NCBI GenBank assembly: GCA_964514115.1
Contig: CAZEPI010000011.1
Span: 7,443 to 71,442 of the forward strand
Length of the DNA stretch: 64,000 bases
Direction: 5' to 3'
Origin: an uncultured Pirellulales bacterium
GTDB lineage: Bacteria; Planctomycetota; Phycisphaerae; Sedimentisphaerales; Anaerobacaceae
In this document: positions 16,208-25,667 of the stretch, piece by piece
Numbering within the stretch: position 1 is the stretch's first letter
How the letters are laid out: every line of letters begins with the position of its first letter
Notes under the pieces: model-generated
The model's input: only the letters and a program-made list of their open reading frames with translations
What the model was told of the DNA's origin: nothing
The model's database searches: none
Translations under genes and position numbers: made by a program

Positions 16208-17971
16208 ATGAAACTTGACCCGTTGACAATGAAGGACTGGCAGATAGCGGAGGCGGCGGAGGAAAATATCAGGCCGATATTTGAGCTGGCCGACGATATG
16301 GGCTTAGAGCGCGAGGAGCTGCTGCCTGTCGGGCACACGCTCGGCAAGGTCGATTTTATAAAAGTCCTCGAGCGATTTGACGATGCACCGGCCGCAAAAT
16401 ACATTGATGTCACCGCCATTACGCCCACGCCCTTCGGCGAAGGAAAGACAACTACGACCATCGGACTCGTCGAGGGGTTGGCGAGGTGCGGCAAGCGTCC
16501 CGTCGGCGCCATCCGCCAGGCAAGTGCCGGCCCGACGTTCAATATCAAGGGAGGCGCCGCCGGCGGCGGCCTGGCACAATGCCTCCCGCTTGTGCCCTTC
16601 TCAATTCGCCTGACGGGCGATATCGACTCGGTGACCAACGCGCACAACCTGGCTATGGTCGCACTGACGGCGCGTATGCAGCACGAGAGAAACTACGACG
16701 ACGAACGACTGGCCAAGCGCGATCTCCGCCGGCTTGATGTCGATCCCGATTCGGTCCAGATTGGCTGGGTCATGGACTTCTGCGCCCAGGGCCTGAGAAA
16801 CGTCAGAATCGGAATGGGCGGGAAAATGGACGGTTATGAGATGGATTCGGGCTTCCAGATAACCGTCTCAAGCGAGGTAATGGCTATTCTTTCTGTGGCG
16901 AAAAGTCTCAAAGACTTCCGGCAGCGTATTGCCAGAATGGTTGTTGCCAGGGACCGCAGCGGCAATGATGTTACGACAGCCGACCTCGAGGTCGATGGTG
17001 CGATGACCGCGTGGATGGTCGATGCCCTGAAGCCCAATCTTCTTCAGACAATCGAGGGTCAGCCGGTTTTTGTTCACGCAGGTCCCTTTGCGAACATAGC
17101 AATAGGCCAAAGCTCGGTCATAGCCGACCTTACGGGCACCCGGCTCGGCGATTACCACGTTACCGAGAGCGGCTTCGGCGCCGATGTCGGCTACGAGAAG
17201 TTCTGGAACCTCAAGTGCCGCCTTTCCGGCCTGAAGCCCAGTGCCGTCGTTATCGTTGCCACCGTCCGCGCGCTTAAGATGCACGGTGGTGGGCCGCCTG
17301 TAAGGCCGGGCGCACCGCTCGACGAGGCGTATACGCGGGAGAACTTGGGCCTGCTCGAAAAGGGCTGCGAGAACCTCGTAGCGCATATCGAGATAGTCAA
17401 AAAGAGCGGCATAAAACCAATCGTATGTATAAACAGCTTCCACACCGACACACCGGCGGAACACGAGCTTATCAAAATTATCGCTGAACAGCACGGCGCT
17501 ACGCCGGTCGTCTCGGACCACTGGCTCAAAGGAGGCGAAGGGGCGGTCGAACTGGCCGAGGTGGTGATAGATGCTGCTGAACAAACGAATGATTTCAGAT
17601 TCCTGTATGGGGCGGACGTGCCCCTTCGCAGGCGCATAGAGATAATCGCCAGGGAAGTCTATGGAGCCAACGGCGTCTCTTACAGCGACAAGGCCGCGGA
17701 GAAAATTAAGGCCCTCGAAAATGACCCGGAGACCAACGGCTTTAACCTGTGTATGGCCAAGACGCACCTGAGCTTGTCCTACGACCCCGAATTCAAGGGA
17801 AGACCCATCGGCTGGCAGCTACCAATAAAAAACATTCTCGTCTATAAGGGCGCCGAGTTCGTTGTTCCTATGGCGGGTGAGGTAAAGCTTATGCCCGGAA
17901 CGGGTTCCAATCCGGCCTTTCGATATATCGACGTCGATGTCAACACCGGCAAGGTCCAGGGCCTCTACTAA
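16208..17971 (+). CDS. fhs: formate--tetrahydrofolate ligase
   Basis: The sequence shows full-length similarity to FTHFS (TPTPFGEGKTTTTIGL, GGAAGGG, FANIAIGQSS). The start is placed at ATG 16208 (MKLDPLTMKDWQIAE), in frame with the longer 16100 ORF. Confidence 0.95.
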   Translation: MKLDPLTMKDWQIAEAAEENIRPIFELADDMGLEREELLPVGHTLGKVDFIKVLERFDDAPAAKYIDVTAITPTPFGEGKTTTTIGLVEGLARCGKRPVGAIRQASAGPTFNIKGGAAGGGLAQCLPLVPFSIRLTGDIDSVTNAHNLAMVALTARMQHERNYDDERLAKRDLRRLDVDPDSVQIGWVMDFCAQGLRNVRIGMGGKMDGYEMDSGFQITVSSEVMAILSVAKSLKDFRQRIARMVVARDRSGNDVTTADLEVDGAMTAWMVDALKPNLLQTIEGQPVFVHAGPFANIAIGQSSVIADLTGTRLGDYHVTESGFGADVGYEKFWNLKCRLSGLKPSAVVIVATVRALKMHGGGPPVRPGAPLDEAYTRENLGLLEKGCENLVAHIEIVKKSGIKPIVCINSFHTDTPAEHELIKIIAEQHGATPVVSDHWLKGGEGAVELAEVVIDAAEQTNDFRFLYGADVPLRRRIEIIAREVYGANGVSYSDKAAEKIKALENDPETNGFNLCMAKTHLSLSYDPEFKGRPIGWQLPIKNILVYKGAEFVVPMAGEVKLMPGTGSNPAFRYIDVDVNTGKVQGLY

Positions 17972-17998
17972 CGCCGGGGTCTAAAGGAGCATGCGCAA

Positions 17999-18889
17999 AT
18001 GACCGCAAAAATCATAGACGGCAGGCAAATAGCCGCTGAGATGAGGCAGGAGCTAAAGGCCGAGGTCGCCGCTCTGGCGGAAAAAGGTATTGTACCCGGG
18101 CTTGGTGTGATATTAGTCGGGGAGGACCCGGCGTCGCAGTCTTATGTCACGGCTAAGGAGAAGGCCTGCGCCGAGGCGGGGATATATTCGGATGATAATC
18201 GTCTGGCTGCGGATACGACGCAGGATGAGTTGATGTTGCTTGTGGCGAAGATGAACAAGGATACGAAGATAAACGGGATACTTGTTCAGCTTCCTTTGCC
18301 GAGGCAGTGCAATGAGGCGGAGGTTTTACTTTCGATAGAGCCGGCCAAGGATGTTGACGGATTTCATCCTGTGAACGTGGGCAAGATGGTGGTGGGAGAG
18401 AAGGGTTTTTTGCCGTGCACGCCGCACGGGGTGATACAGCTTTTGATACGCAGCGGGGTGAAGCTGGAGGGTTCGGAGGTTGTTATTGTGGGGCGAAGCA
18501 ACATCGTGGGCAAGCCGTTGGCTAATATGCTGATTCAAAAGAATAAGACGGGCAATGCAACGGTGACGGTATGTCATACGCGGACGAAAGATTTAGGGGC
18601 ACATACGAGGCGGGCGGATATTGTGATAGCCGCAGCGGGCAGGCCCAACACGGTTACAGCCGATATGGTCAAAAAGGGCGTGGTGGTCATTGACGTGGGG
18701 GTCAATCGCGTAGAAGATGCGACGAAGAAACGCGGCTATAGACTCGTCGGGGACGTGGATTTCGAGGCGGTAAAGGAAAAGGCCTCACTGATTACCCCTG
18801 TCCCCGGCGGCGTCGGACCGATGACAATTACGATGCTGCTCTACAATACAGTCGAATCGGCAAAGAGAGCGGCGCAAATCGATTTGTAA
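17999..18889 (+). CDS. folD: bifunctional methylenetetrahydrofolate dehydrogenase/cyclohydrolase
   Basis: Classic FolD sequence: [47 protein letters not shown]. Confidence 0.95.
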   Translation: MTAKIIDGRQIAAEMRQELKAEVAALAEKGIVPGLGVILVGEDPASQSYVTAKEKACAEAGIYSDDNRLAADTTQDELMLLVAKMNKDTKINGILVQLPLPRQCNEAEVLLSIEPAKDVDGFHPVNVGKMVVGEKGFLPCTPHGVIQLLIRSGVKLEGSEVVIVGRSNIVGKPLANMLIQKNKTGNATVTVCHTRTKDLGAHTRRADIVIAAAGRPNTVTADMVKKGVVVIDVGVNRVEDATKKRGYRLVGDVDFEAVKEKASLITPVPGGVGPMTITMLLYNTVESAKRAAQIDL

Positions 18890-19229
18890 TTTGCGAGGGT
18901 CGTTTCGATAGTAAAGCAGGAAGGCGCACGGCCTGTCCTGACTGCTGGCAGACGTACCACCGAGCGACCCGGATGTGCTGTGCAAACTGGAGGAGGAATC
19001 GTACTTTCCTGACTTCGAGATGCGGCTGGGGATACCGCCTACCTGCGATGGATATCCTGACGTTGACACATACCGCGACCTGGAGTTCTACCTGCTCGCG
19101 TGTGAGCCGATGCAGGGCAACTATTTCCTACAGCGTCTGGACCCCGCTCGTCCGCGATGCTGCTTTACAACACCATCAAGTCAGCCAAAAAAGCGTGGGG
19201 GTTGGCCTAAAGGCAAGAGCAGGGGTGCT

Positions 19230-19258
19230 TTGACAAATTGGGTCTGATTTGGTATAAT
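19230..19258 (+). promoter_or_regulatory. consensus sigma70 promoter with extended -10
   Basis: TTGACA (19230-19235), a 17-nt spacer ending in TGg, then TATAAT (19253-19258), 54 nt upstream of the GH5-like gene start. Confidence 0.6.
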
Positions 19259-19311
19259 GGGGTGTGTTATAAATTCCTGCCGCACCTTCATATCGAGTTG
19301 AGGATGGTGTT

Positions 19312-22083
19312 GTGAAACTTATGCTCCGCACTATAGCTCTCTTTATTGCCTTTCTGAGCTCAAGCGTCTGCATTGCGCAGATGGTTCCGTTTGTGATTCC
19401 CGCCCAGCAGGACCCCAACTCACTTATCTCGATGCCTTATGAGCCAATCGATGTGAACGGAGAGTGGATTGTGGCGGCCGGCGACCGATTTATGCGCGGC
19501 GGCGAGCGTGTGAAGATATGGGGGATGAACTTGTGTTTCGGGAGCAACCTGCCGAGTCACGCCGATGCGCCGGTCGTAGCGGAGCGGATTGCGCGGGCGG
19601 GTATCAACTCAGTTCGCCTGCACCATCTCGATACGCAGAACTACCCGAACGGGATATGGGACCCAACGACCGGGGCAACGATCTATGCCACCGCAATGCA
19701 CCGGCTTGACTACTTCGCCAGCGAGCTGGCCCAGCGAGGTGTCTTCATCAACCTCAACCTGCACGTCGGACGTGCGCACAGCCAGTACATTGGATTGCCG
19801 GACCCCGGCAGCGGCTACGACAAGGTGGCGGATATTTTCACGCCGGCGCTGGTGCAGGCACAGAAGGACTATGCCGAGGACATGCTCGAGCATGTGAATC
19901 CGTATCGAGGGGTGAGGTGGGCGGATGACCCGGCGGTCGCCTTTGTGGAGATTACGAACGAGGACAGTTTCTTCATGTGGGACGGGGAGGAGAGGTTGCG
20001 AAACCTGCCGGCATACTATGCAGATATCCTACAGGAGCAATATAACACATGGCTTGGGAGCGAATACGGTGACACGAACGGGCTGCGGGCGGTCTGGGAT
20101 GCGAATGTGGAGCCATTGGGCCCGAATGTGGTTACCGGTTTTGTGGAGCATTTCAACAATCCGGGAGCGAACAAGTGGGTACTGGAGGAACACGAGGGAT
20201 GCGATGCGACGTTCGAGTTGGGGACATACGACGGGAACACTGCCGCGAAGTTCACGATAGTTATCACGGACGACACAAGCTGGCATTTGCAGGTCAAGCA
20301 TCCGCAGCTCGAAGTTACCGATGGGCAGTACTACACGCTGAGTTTCGAGGCCGCGGCGGAGTCACCGCGGAGCATCTCGTGCAGTATGATGCAGGACCAC
20401 AGTCCGTGGAGCAACTTGGGCTTCAGCCGGACGGTTGCGCTGACGACGCAGTGGCAGACGTATGAATACGGGTTTACGGCCAATGCAGATGACCTTAACG
20501 GGCGAGTCAATTTCGGCTTCGGCGGCGGTGACACGAGCACCTGGTATCTGACCAACGTCCAGTTGCGCACGGGCGGTCAAGTGGGACTGATGGAAGATGA
20601 GTTCATCGAGACGGGCACGGTGCGCCTGTTCGTCGACCGGGAGGTCTATGCACGCGCCGTCGACCGGATGAGGTTCCTGGGCGAGACCGAGAAGGCCTAC
20701 TTCGACGATATGAGAAGCTATATCAAGAACGACCTTGGCTGCGACGCGCTGGTAACAGGGACCATCGTCTTCGGGCCTCTCGGGCTTTATGCGCAGAGCG
20801 ACATGGATTTTATCGACAGTCACGCGTACTGGCAGCATCCGGTGTTTCCAAATGTACCGTGGGACCCTGCTGACTGGTACATTCAGCAAAAGCCGATGAC
20901 CGACTACATCAATGAGGCGACGCTGTTTGGTCTTGCGGGCGACCGGCTGGGAAGGAGCGGCAGCTTCGCGGGCAAGCCGTTCACCGTGAGCGAGTACTGC
21001 CATCCGGCGCCTTTGGATACACAGGCGGCATGTATGCCCATGCTTACATCGTTCGCGGCGGCCCAGGACTGGGATGGTCTGTGGCCTTTTACCTACGCAA
21101 ACTGGGCGGGAGAGTGGTATGACAATTACTTCGACAGCTACTTCGGATTCATGCACAATCCCGCCAAGTGGGGATTTGTGCAGGCGGCTGCGAGCATCTT
21201 TCTGCACGGCAGCATCGGTCCTGTGGGTGAAACGTATTCTTACGTCGGCATGACGGACGTGGGGGACCCTGTTGCCGGCCTGGCCGAGCTGCATCTGATG
21301 CACGGCAGTGACATGTTCGGTGTGCTGGCGGACAACGGCAGTGTGACACGGCGAGACCTGCTGAGCAAGCGAATAGTCAATACGCTGTACGAGACGGGGC
21401 AGCTCGCTCTACCGGAGGCGGCCAATGATACGACGATAGACTGGACCATCGGCGGTGACGGCAGGGGGATTTACGTTGCCAAAGGGGCAGCAGCGTGGGT
21501 AGGCGTGGGACATCAGGACAAGTTCATGGCGGCAAGCGGCGGCATCGTGACAGTCAATGAGCCGAATTATGCGGCGCTTACGATAACGGCGCTCGAGCCG
21601 CCGTGCACGCAAGTCGCCATACCACAGAGGCAGAGCATGCTCATTACGGCCTGCGGGCGGTCGGAGAACACGGGGATGGTATTCTCGCCGGACCGCACGA
21701 CGGTCGGGACAAACTGGGGACATGCGCCGGTGCAAATCGAGCCGGTCGAAGGGACGATACGATTTGCGTTCAAGGGCTTGACATGCTATGCGCTGGGGCC
21801 GGATGGAAAGGTCACCGCTACGGTGCCGATCCAGGTTGTCGGGGACCAGAGCGTTATTGAGCTTTCGCCGACGTATGAGACAATGTGGTACCTGGTTGTC
21901 GCTTCCGGAGACGTCAGCGGCGATGGGCGGACCGACTTCGGGGATTTTGCGTTGCTGGGGCAGAACTGGCTCGGCAGCGAGCCGACAGTTGACATAGCTC
22001 CGCTGCCCTTCGGCGACGGAGTTGTGGACTTCAGGGATATCGCAGTCTGGTCAGACAACTGGCTTCTTGGCGTCGGGCCTTAG
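19312..22083 (+). CDS. GH5-like TIM-barrel glycoside hydrolase with inserted CBM4/9-like module and C-terminal dockerin-like repeats
   Basis: Signal peptide. Motifs INSVRLHHLD and FVEITNEDS (NE acid/base-like). A CenC-type CBM-like block reads WHLQVKHPQLEVTDGQYYTLSFEA. The tail is GDVSGDGRTDFGDFALLGQNW ... GDGVVDFRDIAVWSDNW. Confidence 0.65.
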   Translation: MKLMLRTIALFIAFLSSSVCIAQMVPFVIPAQQDPNSLISMPYEPIDVNGEWIVAAGDRFMRGGERVKIWGMNLCFGSNLPSHADAPVVAERIARAGINSVRLHHLDTQNYPNGIWDPTTGATIYATAMHRLDYFASELAQRGVFINLNLHVGRAHSQYIGLPDPGSGYDKVADIFTPALVQAQKDYAEDMLEHVNPYRGVRWADDPAVAFVEITNEDSFFMWDGEERLRNLPAYYADILQEQYNTWLGSEYGDTNGLRAVWDANVEPLGPNVVTGFVEHFNNPGANKWVLEEHEGCDATFELGTYDGNTAAKFTIVITDDTSWHLQVKHPQLEVTDGQYYTLSFEAAAESPRSISCSMMQDHSPWSNLGFSRTVALTTQWQTYEYGFTANADDLNGRVNFGFGGGDTSTWYLTNVQLRTGGQVGLMEDEFIETGTVRLFVDREVYARAVDRMRFLGETEKAYFDDMRSYIKNDLGCDALVTGTIVFGPLGLYAQSDMDFIDSHAYWQHPVFPNVPWDPADWYIQQKPMTDYINEATLFGLAGDRLGRSGSFAGKPFTVSEYCHPAPLDTQAACMPMLTSFAAAQDWDGLWPFTYANWAGEWYDNYFDSYFGFMHNPAKWGFVQAAASIFLHGSIGPVGETYSYVGMTDVGDPVAGLAELHLMHGSDMFGVLADNGSVTRRDLLSKRIVNTLYETGQLALPEAANDTTIDWTIGGDGRGIYVAKGAAAWVGVGHQDKFMAASGGIVTVNEPNYAALTITALEPPCTQVAIPQRQSMLITACGRSENTGMVFSPDRTTVGTNWGHAPVQIEPVEGTIRFAFKGLTCYALGPDGKVTATVPIQVVGDQSVIELSPTYETMWYLVVASGDVSGDGRTDFGDFALLGQNWLGSEPTVDIAPLPFGDGVVDFRDIAVWSDNWLLGVGP

Positions 22084-22104
22084 TACGGACCTGCCTTTGC
22101 GCAA

Positions 22105-23322
22105 TCACTCCCTGATTTCCAGCTTGTTTTTTTCGGGTAGTGGCGGGAAAGATTCGTGTGGTTCGGCCTGGTACCAGAATGCAACGGAAGAGAGGTCGTC
22201 TTTGAGTGGCAGGTATCTTCCTTCACTCTGCCAGCCGAGCGCCTGCATCGTGACTTTGAGGTCCTGCTCGAACCTGACCGGGTCCATAATGTGCCAACGG
22301 TAGAGCGAGAATCGCGGCATATCATCATTGATGACCTTAGTTATTTCTTCGATGCTGCCGTCGGGTTTATGTATCTTGCTCGTCCGGACTACACGGCCTT
22401 CGGGGTTAAGGACCTGGGGCATACCGACGAACGGTGTGGTGAATGTTTCGTAGCCGCCCGTGCCGTCATGCTTTTCGAAGCCGTATGAGCCGCAGAAATA
22501 GTCTTCGGTGCCGGTGCCGCAGATGGTGGGAAAATCGGTGTCACCGTCCATATAGAATTTAATCTCGCCCTCGCCCCACCAGCCGGGCGAGTTTGAGCCC
22601 CATGTCATGTATGTGCCGACGTAGTGGCCTTTGCCTTTGATGCCGTCCACAATCGTATAAACCTCTTTGTCTGGCAGAGGGTTGACGCGGCGGAACTGGG
22701 CGTGGAGATACCCGGCCGTTTCGGGAACATCGGTCAGTGTGTAGTCAATCTGGTAGTAGAGCGTCATCTCTTTATCGTCGATGTTGGTCATCGTGACTTT
22801 GCAGGATTTTCTAAACGGCATAAGCCAGTAGCAGTTAAAGCCGCTGCGTGGATTGACGCAGACTGGCAGTGAAGTCACCTTATGATAATCACCCGCGCCG
22901 CACGCGAAGAAATCGCCGACGGGGCACTCGATTGAGGGGTTCTCCTCGCCGTCCCAATAGATACGAAAGATATTCAAGCGGTTGTTGCCGGTGGGCGTCA
23001 TCCAGATGTGCTGTATAGCGCCGGGGCCTTCAATCTCAGCCATAATAAAGGTCTGACCCGGCTTTATGCGAACGTAGGGGTTGACCTTCCAGCCCTGGCC
23101 AAGTTCTCGCGCCGCGTACGATGCCGAGCCGTCTTCGAGCGTGGCCATACCGCCTTTGCCTTTTTCACCGGTGAAATTCTCAGGGCTTATTGAGCGGGTC
23201 TTTGCGTCGGACAGCAAGGGCAGTGTCCCCATGTTCATATTCAGTCCATCGAAGTCCGCCTGCTCTGCAAACGCTGCTGTCGCAGCGGCAACGGCCAGGC
23301 AAAGCACAATCACTGTTCTCAT
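22105..23322 (-). CDS. DUF2961 (GH172-like) protein
   Basis: Signal peptide. The characteristic WWGEGEIKFYMDGDTDFPTICGTGTEDYF block is present. Confidence 0.75.
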   Translation of the reverse strand: MRTVIVLCLAVAAATAAFAEQADFDGLNMNMGTLPLLSDAKTRSISPENFTGEKGKGGMATLEDGSASYAARELGQGWKVNPYVRIKPGQTFIMAEIEGPGAIQHIWMTPTGNNRLNIFRIYWDGEENPSIECPVGDFFACGAGDYHKVTSLPVCVNPRSGFNCYWLMPFRKSCKVTMTNIDDKEMTLYYQIDYTLTDVPETAGYLHAQFRRVNPLPDKEVYTIVDGIKGKGHYVGTYMTWGSNSPGWWGEGEIKFYMDGDTDFPTICGTGTEDYFCGSYGFEKHDGTGGYETFTTPFVGMPQVLNPEGRVVRTSKIHKPDGSIEEITKVINDDMPRFSLYRWHIMDPVRFEQDLKVTMQALGWQSEGRYLPLKDDLSSVAFWYQAEPHESFPPLPEKNKLEIRE

Positions 23323-23352
23323 AACACATCCTTTCGCTTGACTGTTAATTGT

Positions 23353-24360
23353 TTAGTGAGAAAGAGCATAGCCGCTCAAAACGCGTATATTTTCTTCGGG
23401 CGTATCTCTTGTGACCTCACAACCGGCCCCGACAATGAATCTGCCGCCGGCCTCGTTGTGGCATCTTTCTATCGCCTCGCGGACGTCCTGCGCCGAGCCG
23501 TCCTGAAGCACCGACACGGGATTGATATTGCCGCAGATGACCTGCTCAGGCCCCATCTTATTCCTGCCCATCGCAACAGGACAGGGAAAGTCAAGGTCCA
23601 CCATTTCACATTTTAGCTGGCCCATACCTTCGAGTATGGCGCGTGTGTCGCCGCAGATATGCAGCCGAACCGCCGCCCCCATCTCATGAACGCCGTCCAC
23701 CAGCCGTTTCTCATAAGGCCAGATGAATTCTTCGTAAATCTTCGGGCCGACCAGTGATGCTGCTGCGTCGCCGATACCCATCACATCCACCCCGGCCTCA
23801 ATCTGCGCTTCGGCGAAGCGAAGCTCCATCTCAATAACAAACTCGAAAAGGTCGTGAATGAACTTCGGGTCCTCAAGAAAATCCAGCATAATCGTATTGA
23901 TGCCGCGAAGGTCGGCGCCTTCGGCGCAGGGGCCTTCAATCCAGCCCTCGATGATTTTGTCGTTTCCGACCTTGTCTTTGAACAGGGCGGCGGCCTTAAC
24001 TCTGTCGTGCATTCGTCCGCCACCAAGCGGGTCAGGGGTTTTCAGTGAGGCCAGCTTACTCTTATCGGCGAGCAGCGCATTTCGCTCGTCTATGTCGGGC
24101 GGGGTGTTCTCGTTAAAGACTATAGCAGCGCCGCAATCGGTCGCCTCCCGAGCCGGGTCTGAGATGCAGGCGACCTGGTCGAAATCATATTCCTCGACAA
24201 CCTTTAACTGGCCCTCGACCAGGACCGTGCAATCCGTGACGTAATCGTAGTACTTCCTTTCGATGGCGTCGGCGGCAAACATCATCGTAATGGGCATCAA
24301 GGCCAGATGGTCCACCGGCTCACCAGCAAATGTGGCAAAGACTCTTTCCCGGCTGTTCAT
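23353..24360 (-). CDS. uroporphyrinogen decarboxylase (URO-D) family protein / MtaA-like methyltransferase fold
   Basis: The N-terminus MNSRERVFATFAGEPVDHLALMP and the overall length are typical of the URO-D family. The start is placed at ATG 24360. Confidence 0.75.
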   Translation of the reverse strand: MNSRERVFATFAGEPVDHLALMPITMMFAADAIERKYYDYVTDCTVLVEGQLKVVEEYDFDQVACISDPAREATDCGAAIVFNENTPPDIDERNALLADKSKLASLKTPDPLGGGRMHDRVKAAALFKDKVGNDKIIEGWIEGPCAEGADLRGINTIMLDFLEDPKFIHDLFEFVIEMELRFAEAQIEAGVDVMGIGDAAASLVGPKIYEEFIWPYEKRLVDGVHEMGAAVRLHICGDTRAILEGMGQLKCEMVDLDFPCPVAMGRNKMGPEQVICGNINPVSVLQDGSAQDVREAIERCHNEAGGRFIVGAGCEVTRDTPEENIRVLSGYALSH

Positions 24361-24456
24361 ATCCTTACCCTTTACAGAATACAGAAGTAGCACGGCCTTG
24401 GAGGCCGTGACACGGGCGGGCCTGTCCCGAGCGAAGTCGAGGGGATGCCCGTGCCA

Positions 24457-25644
24457 CTACGGCGCATTCGGCTCATTCGGTTCGAGCTGGTCGAGCATTT
24501 CATCAACCATTTGCCCGGCTGCCGCCTCGGTCGGCTGATCGCCCGTCTGCGGCTCCTGCTGCTCAGGCACATCCTCCAGCAGGCCCGAAAGCTCCATTGT
24601 AAGATTCTCAACACGATAGTCTGGAAGCTCATAGAGCCAGCGACTATGTTTTTCGGCGAAATCTTCGGTGCTGTCCCGCGCCAGCAGTGTCGCCTCCTTT
24701 TTCTTCAACTGTTCCTGCGACTCCACCTCGCCCTGCGTCTTGGTCACGGGCGTGGTGTCCGTGAACTCGGCATCGCACCTGGCAAACCATTTGTTGTTCT
24801 CTTGTGCAAGCTTAATAGTGTACACCATCGAGTTCTTAAGCCGGCAGGCGTATGTTCTCTCAAAACCGATATTTGCACTGTCGGGTGAAAATCTTTTAAC
24901 ATCGTCGAACCGCAGATTCCCCAGCGCCGTCCATACCCTGTTGGCTATGTTGTCCTTAAGCTTCTTGCCTTCGGGCATGTTCATAAGTTTCACTGTCTTG
25001 CCTTCGTCGTCTGAAGTGAGCGTATAGACCTCATTCGGCGAGGTTACGGTAACCGATTCGATATCTGCGAGGTCGACGTTGATAAGCTCCTGGTCCACAT
25101 AGTCAAGGGCACGTTTCTTAATCCACGGAGTTGTGAATGAAATATACACATTGTCGTCGTCAACGCGCCTGACGTATGTCCCCCGGCCCTGTTCGCGCAG
25201 TTTACCGACGATGATGCCCGTAAGAAGAGATGAGTCTGCTTTGAAGAATTTGACTACATAGCGGGCATCCGGCTCGGTGACTCCCAGGTCTTCGAAGTTG
25301 CCCGGGTCCTTCGTGTAGAGACCTTCGGTTTTTACGTCGAGGCACTCGGTGATGAGCTTATTTATTTCCTCGGCGAGGGCGGGATAGTTGTCCTTGGAGG
25401 CGACGACGAAGCCGCGACCCGCCGTAAGGTGTCCTGTGGACTGCCGATTGAGTATCGCCTGGTCAACGCCTGTGCCTATTATAATGCCGGCTATCTGGTC
25501 CGGGTCGAGACCCTGTATAAGGTAGGCGGCCTCGGAGGCCTGCCCCGCCGGCCTGTTTGCAACGTGAGACTGAACTACCGCCAATACCACCATGGCGATA
25601 GCGACTAATCCGAGTATCGCTAATTTCCTGTTGGTCATTGCCAA
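24457..25644 (-). CDS. DUF4340-like anchored protein, last gene of the GldG/ABC-2 operon
   Basis: It has an N-terminal TM helix and sits immediately downstream of the GldG-like gene. The family call rests mainly on this conserved context. Confidence 0.5.
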   Translation of the reverse strand: MAMTNRKLAILGLVAIAMVVLAVVQSHVANRPAGQASEAAYLIQGLDPDQIAGIIIGTGVDQAILNRQSTGHLTAGRGFVVASKDNYPALAEEINKLITECLDVKTEGLYTKDPGNFEDLGVTEPDARYVVKFFKADSSLLTGIIVGKLREQGRGTYVRRVDDDNVYISFTTPWIKKRALDYVDQELINVDLADIESVTVTSPNEVYTLTSDDEGKTVKLMNMPEGKKLKDNIANRVWTALGNLRFDDVKRFSPDSANIGFERTYACRLKNSMVYTIKLAQENNKWFARCDAEFTDTTPVTKTQGEVESQEQLKKKEATLLARDSTEDFAEKHSRWLYELPDYRVENLTMELSGLLEDVPEQQEPQTGDQPTEAAAGQMVDEMLDQLEPNEPNAP

Positions 25645-25667
25645 ACTCCTGCAAAATCACTTTGCCG

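Noticed and set aside
14653-22083. Dockerin-like modules (in 14653..15738 and 19312..22083) as evidence for a cellulosome.
   Set aside because: No cohesin or scaffoldin is visible in the window. Such EF-hand-like tails are common in PVC exoproteins without cellulosomes, so they are reported only as domain features.
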